From a virus: DNA of 64,000 nt. The notes beneath the pieces are model-generated. The model did not search any database and was not told the origin of the DNA. It was given only the letters and a program-made list of their open reading frames with translations. Both the position numbers and the translations under genes were made by a program. Each line of letters opens with the position of its first letter. Within the stretch, counting starts at the first letter, position 1. The stretch is taken from positions 1 to 64,000 of the IMG/VR virus record IMGVR_UViG_3300032770_000015; one strand, 5' to 3'. Shown here piece after piece: positions 1 to 9,599 of this stretch.

Positions 1-18
1 CGCCCGGCTCAGGAATGG

Positions 19-210
19 TCATAGCCGCACCTCGTAGTTGGCCGGTACAAGTAGCTTGAACTCAGTCCACAATTCTCCCGATAGGCCAGCCAGTTCCAGC
101 AGTTCGGCGCGCTCCCGCGAGGCCAGCCACCACGACAGAAGTGAGCCAACTGCGGGCCAGACGAACAGTGCCTTGCTATTTCTCTCGCCCGCGCCCGGCG
201 CGCCGCTCAC
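19..210 (-). CDS. small hypothetical protein
   Basis: ORF coupled to the upstream gene; N-terminus MSGAPGAGE is encoded by a 28-bp segment repeated at 1606-1633. Confidence 0.5.
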   Translation of the reverse strand: MSGAPGAGERNSKALFVWPAVGSLLSWWLASRERAELLELAGLSGELWTEFKLLVPANYEVRL

Positions 211-479
211 CGGGACACCTCGGGCCCGAAGGTTTCGATGAGGTCGCTAAGGTGCTGCTCGGCGAGGTCGGCACGCGCCTTGACGGCACGGCGATTAGCG
301 GTCATGTCGAGCGCACGTTCGTAGGCGAGCCGCACGCACCGCTCCATCGTGCGCCACCAGAACTTGTGAAAGTAGAGGCCGCCGCCGTAGTGCCCCTGAC
401 AGACGGGCCAGAGGCAGACGTGGACCCAGTTGCCGCCCACGCTGATGTAGTAGTCGCCGACGCGCTTGCCCTCTCTCAT
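207..479 (-). CDS. hypothetical protein
   Basis: 90-aa ORF with 4-bp start/stop overlaps on both sides. Confidence 0.6.
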   Translation of the reverse strand: MREGKRVGDYYISVGGNWVHVCLWPVCQGHYGGGLYFHKFWWRTMERCVRLAYERALDMTANRRAVKARADLAEQHLSDLIETFGPEVSR

Positions 480-889
480 CCGTCCCTCCCCGGCGGGCTC
501 GCGCCCCCTGTTGGTCCGTCCTCCCCGGCGCGCCCCGACGCCAGCACGGCCAGCACTGCATCAGCGTCCAGTTCACATTGCTGGATTGTCGGCGTGAACC
601 CGCGACGGTGCGCCACCTCGTACAGCGCGTGCGCCAGTTGTTCGCGCGGGGGCGCCGCCCGCCGATTCCACGCCGCGACGGCGAGGCGTTCGCCTTCTGG
701 CCCCGCGCGGCCTTTGCAATCCCACGGCGCGTACACTTCTGGCGACAGGTCGCAGTCAGGGTTGCGGCAACTCACGACCATTGCCCAGCCGGAGCGGTTA
801 TCGGGTGTGTCGTCCAATCGCACGCCCGCCTCGCCGCCGCAGAAGGGGCAAGGGAGCAGTCTCGGCCCTGGGGCCGCCGGGCCGCTCAC
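476..889 (-). CDS. Lar-family (restriction alleviation-like) zinc-finger protein
   Basis: LLPCPFCGGEA ... CRNPDC ... AVAAWNRR signature. Confidence 0.7.
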   Translation of the reverse strand: MSGPAAPGPRLLPCPFCGGEAGVRLDDTPDNRSGWAMVVSCRNPDCDLSPEVYAPWDCKGRAGPEGERLAVAAWNRRAAPPREQLAHALYEVAHRRGFTPTIQQCELDADAVLAVLASGRAGEDGPTGGASPPGRDG

Positions 890-1101
890 CGCGCCACCAG
901 CAGGTCGAGCTGCTTGAGCGCGATGCGGGCAGCGCGTTCAGTGCGGAAGTACGCGAGCAGTTCCAACACGCTCCCGCGCAGCGAGTAGAGCGCGACGCGC
1001 TTGAGACCAGGCAGGTGCCCGATGCCAAGGTGCGCGAATGTCTCCGGCTCCATCCCGTTCGCCTGCCGCTGTGCCGTCCAGGCGTGACCATTGAACTTCA
1101 T
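886..1101 (-). CDS. hypothetical protein
   Basis: Start revised to MKFNGHAW (ATG at 1101), overlapping the upstream stop. Confidence 0.5.
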   Translation of the reverse strand: MKFNGHAWTAQRQANGMEPETFAHLGIGHLPGLKRVALYSLRGSVLELLAYFRTERAARIALKQLDLLVAR

Positions 1102-1718
1102 CGTCCGTCCTCCCCGGCGCGCCCCGACGCCAGCAAGATCACGTCCGCGATTGTCTCGGCGGCGTCTTGGATGTATGCCTTGCGATGCGCTGGCGTGCCG
1201 CGACTGTCGAATCCGTCGAGTTGTTCGACCAACACGCGCACCAGCGTCTCGCGGTCGCTCGCGGGGGCCGCCGCCAGCCGCCGCAGCGCAGCTTCGATGG
1301 CGCGTGCCACCTTCTGCTCCGCGATTGTCAAACCGCCGCAGCACGCCCCGTCCCAATCCTCGTCCTTCGGGCGCAGCGCCACGACGAGCGCCATGATCTC
1401 GTTCACGGCCCGCGCTTGGTCGCCCGCGCCCGGCTGCCGACGGTTGCAGGCCGCCACGGCTTCCTCGCGCGTGTCGTACAACCGCCCACTCGACACGCCG
1501 CACCGTCCCTGCCCACGCTCGTTCGTGCAGGCCCACATAAACGCGCCCGGCGACGGTTCGAGAATCCCCACCGGGCCGCCGCAGTACGCGCAGGGCAACA
1601 GCGTTTCGCCCGCGCCCGGCGCGCCGCTCACCGCCTCCTTAGCGAACATCGCTTCCAGTTCGGCTTTCTTGGCTGCGTATTCTGGGCTCATTGGCTCATG
1701 CCTTCCACCATTGCTCAT
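1098..1718 (-). CDS. Lar-like zinc-finger protein
   Basis: LLPCAYCGG ... EAVAACNRR motif. Confidence 0.6.
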   Translation of the reverse strand: MSNGGRHEPMSPEYAAKKAELEAMFAKEAVSGAPGAGETLLPCAYCGGPVGILEPSPGAFMWACTNERGQGRCGVSSGRLYDTREEAVAACNRRQPGAGDQARAVNEIMALVVALRPKDEDWDGACCGGLTIAEQKVARAIEAALRRLAAAPASDRETLVRVLVEQLDGFDSRGTPAHRKAYIQDAAETIADVILLASGRAGEDGR

Positions 1719-2073
1719 CCGTCCCTCCCCGGCGGGCTCGCGCCCACCCGCTCAACGATTTCGTGCCGCGTGCTGCGCCCGCACGTCGGGCACCAGTAGT
1801 CGCAATGCGTGACCCACGGGGCGAGGCCGTAAAGCAGCGCGCCGCAGTCCACGCAGCGGTGCGCGTGCATCACGCCTCCGGCGCCACGGCCGCCAAGGCC
1901 GCAGCAACGTGCTCGGCCCACTTGGAGCGCGGCATAAGGTTGTGCGGGCTGCATAGGCAGTGGCCGTTGTTGTACTCACCGCCCGCTTCGCATCTTCGAG
2001 TATGCGGGCAGCGGTAGGTACGGCTTCTGGTCTATGGCCCAGGTTGTGGTCATTTGTGGAAATGCAATCGGCT

Positions 2074-2811
2074 TCATCGGGACACCTCGCGCAGGGCGCG
2101 CACGATCCCCGGCCACTCGGCCGTCCACCAGGCGCGCAGGTCGTCGGGCTGGTAGGGGAGGAACTTCGCCACGTGCAGCGCGCAGCACCAGCACGCCTGG
2201 CGCCATTCATCGTCGTCGCGCGCGGCGTCGCGGACCACGGCGAAGATCGGCTGGTCGAGCGCCCACCGCGACCGGTAGCCGCGCCGGATCGCCTCATAAC
2301 CGAGCCCGGACTGCAGGATCTTCCCGTAGTCGAGCGCCCGGATCGCGGGCACCTTCCCGTCGAGGACGATGTCCGGCACCGGGTCAATCATGACGGTCTG
2401 CGGCCCGCGCTGCATCATGTTCTCGAGCGTCGGATCGCCGTGCGTCCCGCAGTAGTGGTGCGGGGCGACGGTCAGCTCGGCCCACCACGGGGTCAGCTCG
2501 GGCGGCAGGTGGTCGAGCCGCGGCACCCAGGGGCCGGGACGCAGCGGGGGTTCGGCCCAGACGGGGGCCAGGGCGTCCACGACGCGCTGGGCGGCGTCGC
2601 GCGGGAACGCCCCGATGACGAGCCCGGGCTCGAGCAGCTCCATCATGTACCCGGCGCGGCCGTCGTGGCGGTCGCGCCAGACGCCGACGCGGACCAGGGA
2701 CGGGTAGTCGCGGTCCTTGAGCCAGTGGTACTGCGCGTGGAGCCGCCGGACCACACGCGGGTCGTCGCTCCACTTCAGGATTTCGAACCGCGCCCCGGAC
2801 GCCCCGGTCAC
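2074..2811 (-). CDS. aminoglycoside-phosphotransferase/choline-kinase-like kinase
   Basis: HGDPTLENMM catalytic loop followed by MIDP. Confidence 0.7.
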   Translation of the reverse strand: MTGASGARFEILKWSDDPRVVRRLHAQYHWLKDRDYPSLVRVGVWRDRHDGRAGYMMELLEPGLVIGAFPRDAAQRVVDALAPVWAEPPLRPGPWVPRLDHLPPELTPWWAELTVAPHHYCGTHGDPTLENMMQRGPQTVMIDPVPDIVLDGKVPAIRALDYGKILQSGLGYEAIRRGYRSRWALDQPIFAVVRDAARDDDEWRQACWCCALHVAKFLPYQPDDLRAWWTAEWPGIVRALREVSR

Positions 2812-3509
2812 AGGACGTACCCGGCGGCCCGGGCGTCGCGGGCGAACATCCGCACGGTCTCGAGCGAGAACTCGGTTAGGTTCTTTCCGGTCAGGCCGGT
2901 CTTCGCGAGCAGCTCGGGCGCGACCGTAATGATGTGGACGCCGACCGCCGCCGCCTGCTGGACGTTCAGCAGCTCGCGGGACGAGGCCCAGAGAATCTCG
3001 GTCTGCGGCTGCTCGGCGAACAGTTCGAGCGCCCGGGCGAGGATCGGCGTCGGGTCGCGGCCCGTGTCGGCGATCCGCCCGGCGAAGATCGACACGATGG
3101 CCGGGGTGTTACACGTCGCCAGGGCGCGGCGCACGTCGGCCGCCTGCGACGACGTGAAGACCGCCGTCACGTTGACCCTGATGCCCTCGAACGCGAGCGC
3201 CCGGACGACGCCGAACGTCGAGACCCCGTAGGTGTCGGTGACCGGGATCTTCACGTACACGTTCGGCCCGAACCGAGCGAGCAGGCGAGCCTGGCGCAGC
3301 ATCTCGGCCGGGTCGTCGGCGATCACCTCGAACGAGATGGGGCGCCCGTCGGCGACGGCCACCGCGTCTTCCACAAAGCTGAGGTAGTCAACGACCCCGG
3401 CCGCGCGCATCAGGGTCGGGTTCGTCGTGAATCCCGCGATGGTGCCGCCCGCAGGCCATACCCGCATGATGGGCAGCTGGGCGGTGTCGAGAAAGATCTT
3501 CGTGTTCAC
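2808..3509 (-). CDS. tal: transaldolase (short TalC/FSA-fold family)
   Basis: IFLDTA, GFTTNPTLM, SFEV, VYVKIP (Schiff-base Lys), NVT, SIFAGR, LWAS motifs. Confidence 0.9.
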   Translation of the reverse strand: MNTKIFLDTAQLPIMRVWPAGGTIAGFTTNPTLMRAAGVVDYLSFVEDAVAVADGRPISFEVIADDPAEMLRQARLLARFGPNVYVKIPVTDTYGVSTFGVVRALAFEGIRVNVTAVFTSSQAADVRRALATCNTPAIVSIFAGRIADTGRDPTPILARALELFAEQPQTEILWASSRELLNVQQAAAVGVHIITVAPELLAKTGLTGKNLTEFSLETVRMFARDARAAGYVL

Positions 3510-4030
3510 ATCAACCTCCCACGGATGGCGTCCACGGCCAGGAGCAGGTCCATGCTGTCGTTCGTGCGCACCTTATACCGGTACGGAATCCCCGCGCGCT
3601 CGGCGGCCTCGGCGTCGGTCGGCCGGTCACCGATCAGGACGGATCGCGACAGGTCGTAGTCGCCGACCCAGGCCGCGGCGCTGATCAGACCGGGCCGGGG
3701 CTTCCGGCAGCCGCACCCGGCGTCGGGGTGGTGGTAGCAGGTGAAGTAGGCCGCGGCCCCGACGAACCGCGCGATGCGCCGCGAGACCTCGTCGGCAAAG
3801 TCCCGCGTCACGATCCCGCGCGGCACGTCGGGCTGATTCGACACGATCACGATGTCGAATCCCGCGGCGCGCAGCCGGTCGCACGCGATCCCGGCCCCGG
3901 GAAGGAGCTCGACCTCCTCGAAGTTGCGCGGCGGCCGGGTCGTCGGCTGGCCATCTTTTCCCTCGATGGCGTAGCAGCGGTTGAGCACGCCGTCCCGGTC
4001 AAGGAACGCGGCCTTCTGCAGCGATGTCAT
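3506..4030 (-). CDS. gmhB: GmhB-like HAD phosphatase (D,D-heptose 1,7-bisphosphate phosphatase family)
   Basis: AFLDRDGVLN, VSNQ, CYH..CGCRKPRPG, IGDRPTD; start revised to ATG at 4030. Confidence 0.85.
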   Translation of the reverse strand: MTSLQKAAFLDRDGVLNRCYAIEGKDGQPTTRPPRNFEEVELLPGAGIACDRLRAAGFDIVIVSNQPDVPRGIVTRDFADEVSRRIARFVGAAAYFTCYHHPDAGCGCRKPRPGLISAAAWVGDYDLSRSVLIGDRPTDAEAAERAGIPYRYKVRTNDSMDLLLAVDAIRGRLM

Positions 4031-4533
4031 CGGAACATTTCTCCTCGTGGTAGTGGTACCTGGACCGCGTAGTCCGGTCCCGGTTCGTTCGGCAGGCGGA
4101 GCGGGGCGGCGGCCACGCCGTCCAGCAGGAGGCGGGCGATCTTCACGAACCAGGCCTGCCACTCGGCCGGGTCGTCCGCGCGCACGGGCCAATCCGACCG
4201 CAGGCTGACGGGGGCGCGACCCGGTATGATGATCCGGAACAGGATGTCGTCGCTGACCACACTGTTCCAGACCGACACGACCGTTTCCTCGGGCAGCCCG
4301 GCCCGGCGAAATGTCGCGCGCAGGGTTTCGCTTAGCACGTCGGGCTGGCGGATGCGCATCGTGAAGAGCGGCGGCGCGACCGGCGCCACGGCGGCCCGCT
4401 CGTCGGCGAGATAGATGCCCGCCGCGTGAAAATCATCGAGCAGGGCGTCGGTATCAGCCGCCGGTTCCGGGGGCGGTGGGCACATGTTCCCGGCGCTGAG
4501 CACGCTGGCGCCGCCCCGGTCGAAGAGGTTCAT
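4027..4533 (-). CDS. hypothetical protein
   Basis: Coupled ORF within the operon. Confidence 0.55.
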   Translation of the reverse strand: MNLFDRGGASVLSAGNMCPPPPEPAADTDALLDDFHAAGIYLADERAAVAPVAPPLFTMRIRQPDVLSETLRATFRRAGLPEETVVSVWNSVVSDDILFRIIIPGRAPVSLRSDWPVRADDPAEWQAWFVKIARLLLDGVAAAPLRLPNEPGPDYAVQVPLPRGEMFR

Positions 4534-5996
4534 GCGGCCCCGGTGATCTTCGCCCGGAGGCGCTTCAGGTCGTGCGACGTGAACTTTAAGGGGTGCGCGG
4601 ACCCCGGCCCAAACTGGGCGTGCGTTGCCGCCATGATGCTGGCGTCATCGGCCCCAAGGGCGATCATCGCCCGGGCCAGGGCGGTCGGCCCGGCGACCGG
4701 GGCTGCCGGTGCCTGGGTCACTTCAGAAGGCCGAACGGCCGGAGGCGCCGCGTCGTTCCCGTCGGCCAACGATACGAGCTGCCGATCAACCGCCGCGGCG
4801 ACGGCGGCAACCTCGACGGCAGCACCGGCCAACGAGGCGGGGGCACCGATCCCGGCCGCCTCGCCCGGGTCGTCGTTCTCGACCTCGGACGCCGGGAACG
4901 GCGGCGGCGAGACGACGGTCGCCGTCCAGCGTTCGAGGTCTACGATCTGCGCCACGTTCGGGTCGGCCGGGACGTTGGCCGCGAGCCCGGCCAGGACGTT
5001 CCGGGCCAGCCACGCGCCGACCGGGGGCATCACGGCCTGCGCCGTCTGCGCGTACCGGTTCCCGAGGTTCGGCCCGATGAACTGGTAGTCGGGTGGATAC
5101 CCGCAGAGGAGCTGCTGCTCAAGCAGGGTGATGTACCGCATCTCGGTCGGGTGGAACTTCGTCGCGCCGCCGGTCAGGGTTGGCGACGGCTTGTCGAAGT
5201 CGAGCCTGACGTCCAAGAATCTTGGCCGTCCCTTCACGTGGCCGTGGGCGTTCAGGGTCCACGTGGCGGGCGGATGCGCCGTTTCCCACGCGCGGCGGAG
5301 CGACCCGCCGGGCGGCGTCGAGGCGAGGAGCGCGAGGTGCTCGGGATCGCTCGTCGGCAGGGGTGGCGGGGGCGACGGGTCAACGACCTGGCCGGTCAGG
5401 ATCGGCGCCCAGGCGTCGCGCACCGTTCGTTCGGGACGGTTCCCCGGTTCCGGGTAGTCCCAGGGGATGTCGATCTTGTGGAAGACGCAGAAGAACCGTC
5501 GCCGGATCTGCGGCACGCCGAGGTGCGCGGCGTTCAGGAGTACGTACGACGCCGCGTACCCGTATCCGCGGGCGACGGCGGTCAGCTCGTCCACGAGCTC
5601 CCGGCCGCGCTTGAACGCGAGCTGGACCGATTCCCAGGCCCAGACCTTCGGCTGGACGACCTCGAGGACGCCGAACGCTTGGTGGATGCAGTTGACCCGG
5701 GGATCTTGCCGCCACCAGTCGGCCATGATCCCCTTCTTCTGCGTCGAGATGCCCGCGCCCGAGAACGGCGCGCAGGGCGGGTTGCCGTACACGAAGTCCA
5801 CCCGTCCGGCATACTCGCGCGATGGCCAGGTGGCCGCGTCCGTTTCGACGCGGAGGCCGGGGTGGTTCGCTCGGGTCGAGGCGACGCCGTACTGCGAGCT
5901 CTCAAACTGCGCGAGCACGTCGAACCCGGCGCGCCGGACCCCGAGGGTGAACCCCCCGGCGAAGATGTGGACGCCCAGGGCGGTCGGGCGCGTCAC
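4530..5996 (-). CDS. DNA (cytosine-5) methyltransferase
   Basis: Motif I variant IFAGGF, catalytic GNPPC, WESV (ENV variant), QIRRRFF; start revised to GTG at 5996. Confidence 0.85.
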   Translation of the reverse strand: MTRPTALGVHIFAGGFTLGVRRAGFDVLAQFESSQYGVASTRANHPGLRVETDAATWPSREYAGRVDFVYGNPPCAPFSGAGISTQKKGIMADWWRQDPRVNCIHQAFGVLEVVQPKVWAWESVQLAFKRGRELVDELTAVARGYGYAASYVLLNAAHLGVPQIRRRFFCVFHKIDIPWDYPEPGNRPERTVRDAWAPILTGQVVDPSPPPPLPTSDPEHLALLASTPPGGSLRRAWETAHPPATWTLNAHGHVKGRPRFLDVRLDFDKPSPTLTGGATKFHPTEMRYITLLEQQLLCGYPPDYQFIGPNLGNRYAQTAQAVMPPVGAWLARNVLAGLAANVPADPNVAQIVDLERWTATVVSPPPFPASEVENDDPGEAAGIGAPASLAGAAVEVAAVAAAVDRQLVSLADGNDAAPPAVRPSEVTQAPAAPVAGPTALARAMIALGADDASIMAATHAQFGPGSAHPLKFTSHDLKRLRAKITGAA

Positions 5997-6100
5997 GGCG
6001 ACATCCGCCACCAGCCGTGGAGCCGCCAGTGCAGCCACCGGAACGGGTGGCGCCAGGGGCTCGGCCGGTTGTAGCTGAGCCGCGTGAAGACGGCGGTCAT
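5993..6100 (-). CDS. 35-aa Trp/Arg-rich small protein (not in ORF track)
   Basis: MTAVFTRLSYNRPSPWRHPFRWLHWRLHGWWRMSP; fills the gap with start/stop overlaps on both sides. Confidence 0.5.
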   Translation of the reverse strand: MTAVFTRLSYNRPSPWRHPFRWLHWRLHGWWRMSP

Positions 6101-6699
6101 CAGACCACCCCCGGCAGGCCGCTCGTCGTGGTCGCCGCGTCGGGCACGGTCGCGGCATCGGCGGCCAGCGCCGAGAGCTGCGCCGGGTCGGTCGAGTCGG
6201 GCACCGGCGGCTCGGGGGCCGGGACGGGCGCGTGGTTCTTGACGACGGTCACCTTCGGGTGCGCCCGGTAATACCGGACCGTGCCGAGGCGGAGCGTCGG
6301 GAACCGGGGCTGCAGCTCGGCGAAGATCTGCGCGTCGTCGAGCCCGCGGCCCACGCCGTCGCGGATCGCGGCGGCGACGCCCCGGTTTGCGGCCGCGAGC
6401 GGGGCCGCCGTGCGCTTTGCCGCGGGGGCCGCCGCGGGCGGGGTCTTCTTCTTGACTGCCACTGGAAGCTCCTTCCCCTGTTCGGTGTACCAGGCCGCCT
6501 CGAGCGCGTCGCCGACGACCGCATACGGGTCGTCGTTCGCGTCGGGCGCCGTGTTTCGGTTTGCAATGACCCGCCAGGCGCTGGCCACGTCGTTATACGG
6601 GCGCGCGGCCAGCGCGGCGAGGGTATCCGCCACGGTATCGTGGAGAACGAACGCGACCGTGCCGAAGAGCGCCGTTCCGACGACCGTGGGTGTGTTCAC
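6100..6699 (-). CDS. hypothetical protein
   Basis: 199-aa coupled ORF. Confidence 0.6.
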   Translation of the reverse strand: MNTPTVVGTALFGTVAFVLHDTVADTLAALAARPYNDVASAWRVIANRNTAPDANDDPYAVVGDALEAAWYTEQGKELPVAVKKKTPPAAAPAAKRTAAPLAAANRGVAAAIRDGVGRGLDDAQIFAELQPRFPTLRLGTVRYYRAHPKVTVVKNHAPVPAPEPPVPDSTDPAQLSALAADAATVPDAATTTSGLPGVV

Positions 6700-6771
6700 C
6701 AGACTTCCTCGACGGTGAACGTCTTCTCGACCGCCTCGCCCGTCGGGATGGTCTTCCAGCTCTTCACCATG

Positions 6772-7119
6772 CTAGTGCCTCCGTAAGTTGTTGCGGTTCT
6801 CGCGTTCGGGCTGCCAGTCGCTATGCGCCGGGTTGATGCAGGCCCGGCAGTAACACTCGTGGTGCGCGTCGAACCCCGGTGGTCCCATCGGCCCGGTCAG
6901 CGGAAACCGGTCGGCGATGGCCTTCAACCACCGGTGAACCCGGACCACGCGGGACCGACCGCCCCACGTGGTCCAGAGCTGCGCGTACCCCTTCGAATCG
7001 GTCGCGCCCCGCCAGACCCAGCACGGGGTCGGGAGCGGTCCCGCCACCACGTCGTAGCAGGTCCACCAGCCGTCGCGCGCCGGTCGGACGCGCAGCCGAC
7101 CGCTAGAACGTCGCGCCAC
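6772..7119 (-). CDS. HNH-type / His-Me finger endonuclease-like protein
   Basis: CWVWRGA..KGY ... VHR ... HHECYCRACINPAH. Confidence 0.75.
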   Translation of the reverse strand: MARRSSGRLRVRPARDGWWTCYDVVAGPLPTPCWVWRGATDSKGYAQLWTTWGGRSRVVRVHRWLKAIADRFPLTGPMGPPGFDAHHECYCRACINPAHSDWQPERENRNNLRRH

Positions 7120-8131
7120 CCGGGGTCTCCGGGGCCGCGGCTTCCGCCGCGCCGTCGGGCACGTCGTCGGCCTTCGAATAGTCGGTCTTCACCTCACCGG
7201 CGAGGAGCGACGCCCGGAAGCCCTTGGCCATCTCGTACAGCGGCTTCATGACGAAGCCCGGGATCTCGGCGATGGCGAAGTTGTAGAACGTCCCCTTATC
7301 GTTCTTCTGCACCACGGTCGTCAGCTGGTACGCCTTCGCGTACGACGCCGGGGTGATCTGCGTGCCGGGGATCTTCACCATCTGCATCCGCGTGTTCCAC
7401 TGCCGCGAGACCTTGAGCTTCGTCGAGGTCATCGAGATCAGCGCGGGCGACCACGTGCCGTCGAGCGATTCGACGAGGACGTAGTGTTCCGCCGTGTCGA
7501 TGATCTCGTTCCCCTCGGGGGTGATCCACTTCCCGGTCGCCTTGTCCAGCGTGGCGCCCGTCTCCTCCCGCGTCTGGTGCGACCCGCGGAACCCGCCGCC
7601 CTCCTTACGCGGCACCCACTCGAGGTAGAGCTTGCGGAACATGACCGGGATGACCTTCACCCCGGCGGCCTTCTTGAACAGCTCCCGCGTGACCGTGTTG
7701 TAGATGTCGCCCTCCTCGGCCCCGGCGATGTACGCCGGATCACCGGCCTGGCGGACGGGCGACAGCGACTGGACGACCCCGATGAACGGGATCGCCAGGT
7801 CTTCCCGACCAACCTGGTCCCGATCCCCGGCGTCGGCCAGCAGGTCGTCGGCCGACGGGGCGGCCTCGAGGTCCATGGGCGCCGGGGGCGGGATCACGGC
7901 CGGAAGACCCGCTGCCGTGCTTACCGGTGGCGGGGTCGCCGCCCCCGTGGTCTGGGCCGCCGGAAGCGGCGGCGGGGGCGGCGCGGCCGTCCCGGTGGTC
8001 GCCGGAGCGGCGAGCGGTGGGATCGCGGGCGGGGCCGCCGCGGGGGCGGCGGCCGGGACGCGGCCCGTCGCGGTCCCGACGGGGGCGACGGGCGGCTTGG
8101 TGGGTTGCGTTGCACCTGGGAATCGTGCCAT
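7103..8131 (-). CDS. putative ssDNA-binding/recombination protein with Pro/Ala-rich N-terminus and acidic tail
   Basis: Position in the replication module, beta-rich core, acidic C-terminus ending in F; start revised to ATG at 8131. Confidence 0.5.
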   Translation of the reverse strand: MARFPGATQPTKPPVAPVGTATGRVPAAAPAAAPPAIPPLAAPATTGTAAPPPPPLPAAQTTGAATPPPVSTAAGLPAVIPPPAPMDLEAAPSADDLLADAGDRDQVGREDLAIPFIGVVQSLSPVRQAGDPAYIAGAEEGDIYNTVTRELFKKAAGVKVIPVMFRKLYLEWVPRKEGGGFRGSHQTREETGATLDKATGKWITPEGNEIIDTAEHYVLVESLDGTWSPALISMTSTKLKVSRQWNTRMQMVKIPGTQITPASYAKAYQLTTVVQKNDKGTFYNFAIAEIPGFVMKPLYEMAKGFRASLLAGEVKTDYSKADDVPDGAAEAAAPETPGGATF

Positions 8132-8133
8132 GG

Positions 8134-8661
8134 CTACTCTTGCGCTCCTTTCGCGCGGTTGGTGATGACTGCGGTGGTCTCCAGGTGAGCCGCGACCATC
8201 GGCGGCAGCGGCTGGCCTTCCTCGAGGCGATCCTTCGCCCACTTCTTGATCGTCTGCGCCGGGACGGTCTCCTTGATCAGGCCGCCCTCGTTATTCGCCC
8301 GCAGCCAGGCGAAGAACGCCTGCTCGGACGCCTTCGCCACGGCGGCGTGAACCTCGGCCCGGAGGTGGATCTTGGCCCCCGACGCATGGCTGAACGACCC
8401 CTTCCCGTCCGGCCCGACGAGCCCGGCGGCGGCCATCGCCTCAGGGAGGAGCCGCTTTCGAATGTCGTCGTACCGCTGGTTCAGCTGCCGCTTGTCCTCC
8501 TCGACCGTCTCGAGCATGTCCTTCAGGTGCAGGAGCTCATCCACGAGCGGCAGGAGCGTGGCGGCCGTGACCGCCGGGTCAGCCGCCGGGGGCGACGCGG
8601 CCACGTCGGCGGCCAGCTCCTCGAGGTAGCCCTCGTCCGGGGCCGGGGCGGTGTCAACCAC
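8134..8661 (-). CDS. coiled-coil phage replication-module protein
   Basis: Helical LKDMLETVEEDKRQLNQRY segment; probable start GTG at 8661. Confidence 0.55.
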   Translation of the reverse strand: MVDTAPAPDEGYLEELAADVAASPPAADPAVTAATLLPLVDELLHLKDMLETVEEDKRQLNQRYDDIRKRLLPEAMAAAGLVGPDGKGSFSHASGAKIHLRAEVHAAVAKASEQAFFAWLRANNEGGLIKETVPAQTIKKWAKDRLEEGQPLPPMVAAHLETTAVITNRAKGAQE

Positions 8662-9064
8662 GGGGCGCACCGTCGAGCCGCTGGTACTGGGCGTCGGTGA
8701 AGACCCGGTGCGACAGCACGTCCTTCTCCTCGACCGGCTGCTCCTGGAGCTCGAACCGGCGGCCCGGGACGAGGAGGAGGTGCGGGTGCCCCGTGCGGCG
8801 GACGACGCGCTCGGCCTCGCGGCGCGCCTCGTCAATATCGGTGAATGGCACGCCCGCGACGAGCGACTCCGACAGGAGCGATTCCTCGACGAGGAACGCG
8901 GCGATCTTGTTTCGGTCCACGCGATTCTCCTCGCTATAGGTGAGCTGCTTGCCACAGACCCGGCAGTTAACCTCGATGCGCGGCCCCCACCAGATCGCGT
9001 CGAACGACGCGCCGCACAGACAGTAGAAGCGGCGTTGGTGGCGTTCCCCGATCTCGTGGATCAT
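8654..9064 (-). CDS. hypothetical zinc-finger protein
   Basis: CLCG and CRVCG; ATG at 9064 overlaps the upstream stop. Confidence 0.55.
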   Translation of the reverse strand: MIHEIGERHQRRFYCLCGASFDAIWWGPRIEVNCRVCGKQLTYSEENRVDRNKIAAFLVEESLLSESLVAGVPFTDIDEARREAERVVRRTGHPHLLLVPGRRFELQEQPVEEKDVLSHRVFTDAQYQRLDGAPRG

Positions 9065-9408
9065 ACGGTCCGGGTGTCCACGGGCACCGGATAGTAGACG
9101 TGCTCCATGCGGTCCCACTTGAGGACCGTGAACCGCCCGCCGTTGGCGTCGGCCGCGACGGCGCAGGCGATGCCGATGGCTACCGGGTCGCCGATGGCGA
9201 GGATATAGTCCGCGTCGCCGTAATCGCGGAGCGCGGCCCGGAGCCGCCGAACGGTCGGGGCGGCGTCCAGGACCACCTGGGCGTCGGGCTCGAGGAGCGG
9301 GATTAGGCTGCCGTACTGGAGCGCCGGGAGCAGGTTCTTCGACGGCGATTCCTGGACGACGAAGACCCGCGCGGCGCGGTCCGTTCCGGCCGGGATGCGC
9401 GGCGTCAT
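9061..9408 (-). CDS. hypothetical phage protein
   Basis: Coupled ORF starting MTPRIPAG. Confidence 0.6.
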   Translation of the reverse strand: MTPRIPAGTDRAARVFVVQESPSKNLLPALQYGSLIPLLEPDAQVVLDAAPTVRRLRAALRDYGDADYILAIGDPVAIGIACAVAADANGGRFTVLKWDRMEHVYYPVPVDTRTV

Positions 9409-9599
9409 CGGTTCATCGCCTTCTTGACCGCCTCGAGAAGCACATCGCCCTCGACGGTCAGGGACGCCGAACCGATCTGCACAACGACCATTGCGCCCCG
9501 GTTCCAATGCGACTGCAGCTTCAGGGTCTGACCGCGGCAGGCGTCCTCGCTGCCGTTGACCTCGTACGCCGTCACCTCGACGGTGACCTTGGGCTTCAT
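9405..9599 (-). CDS. hypothetical protein
   Basis: MKPKVTVEV start with ATGA overlaps. Confidence 0.55.
   Translation of the reverse strand: MKPKVTVEVTAYEVNGSEDACRGQTLKLQSHWNRGAMVVVQIGSASLTVEGDVLLEAVKKAMNR

Noticed and set aside
1870-2077. Programmed frameshift joining MKPIAFPQ... to a downstream frame
   Set aside because: No slippery site seen; more simply a short or truncated gene remnant, and not resolvable from the sequence alone
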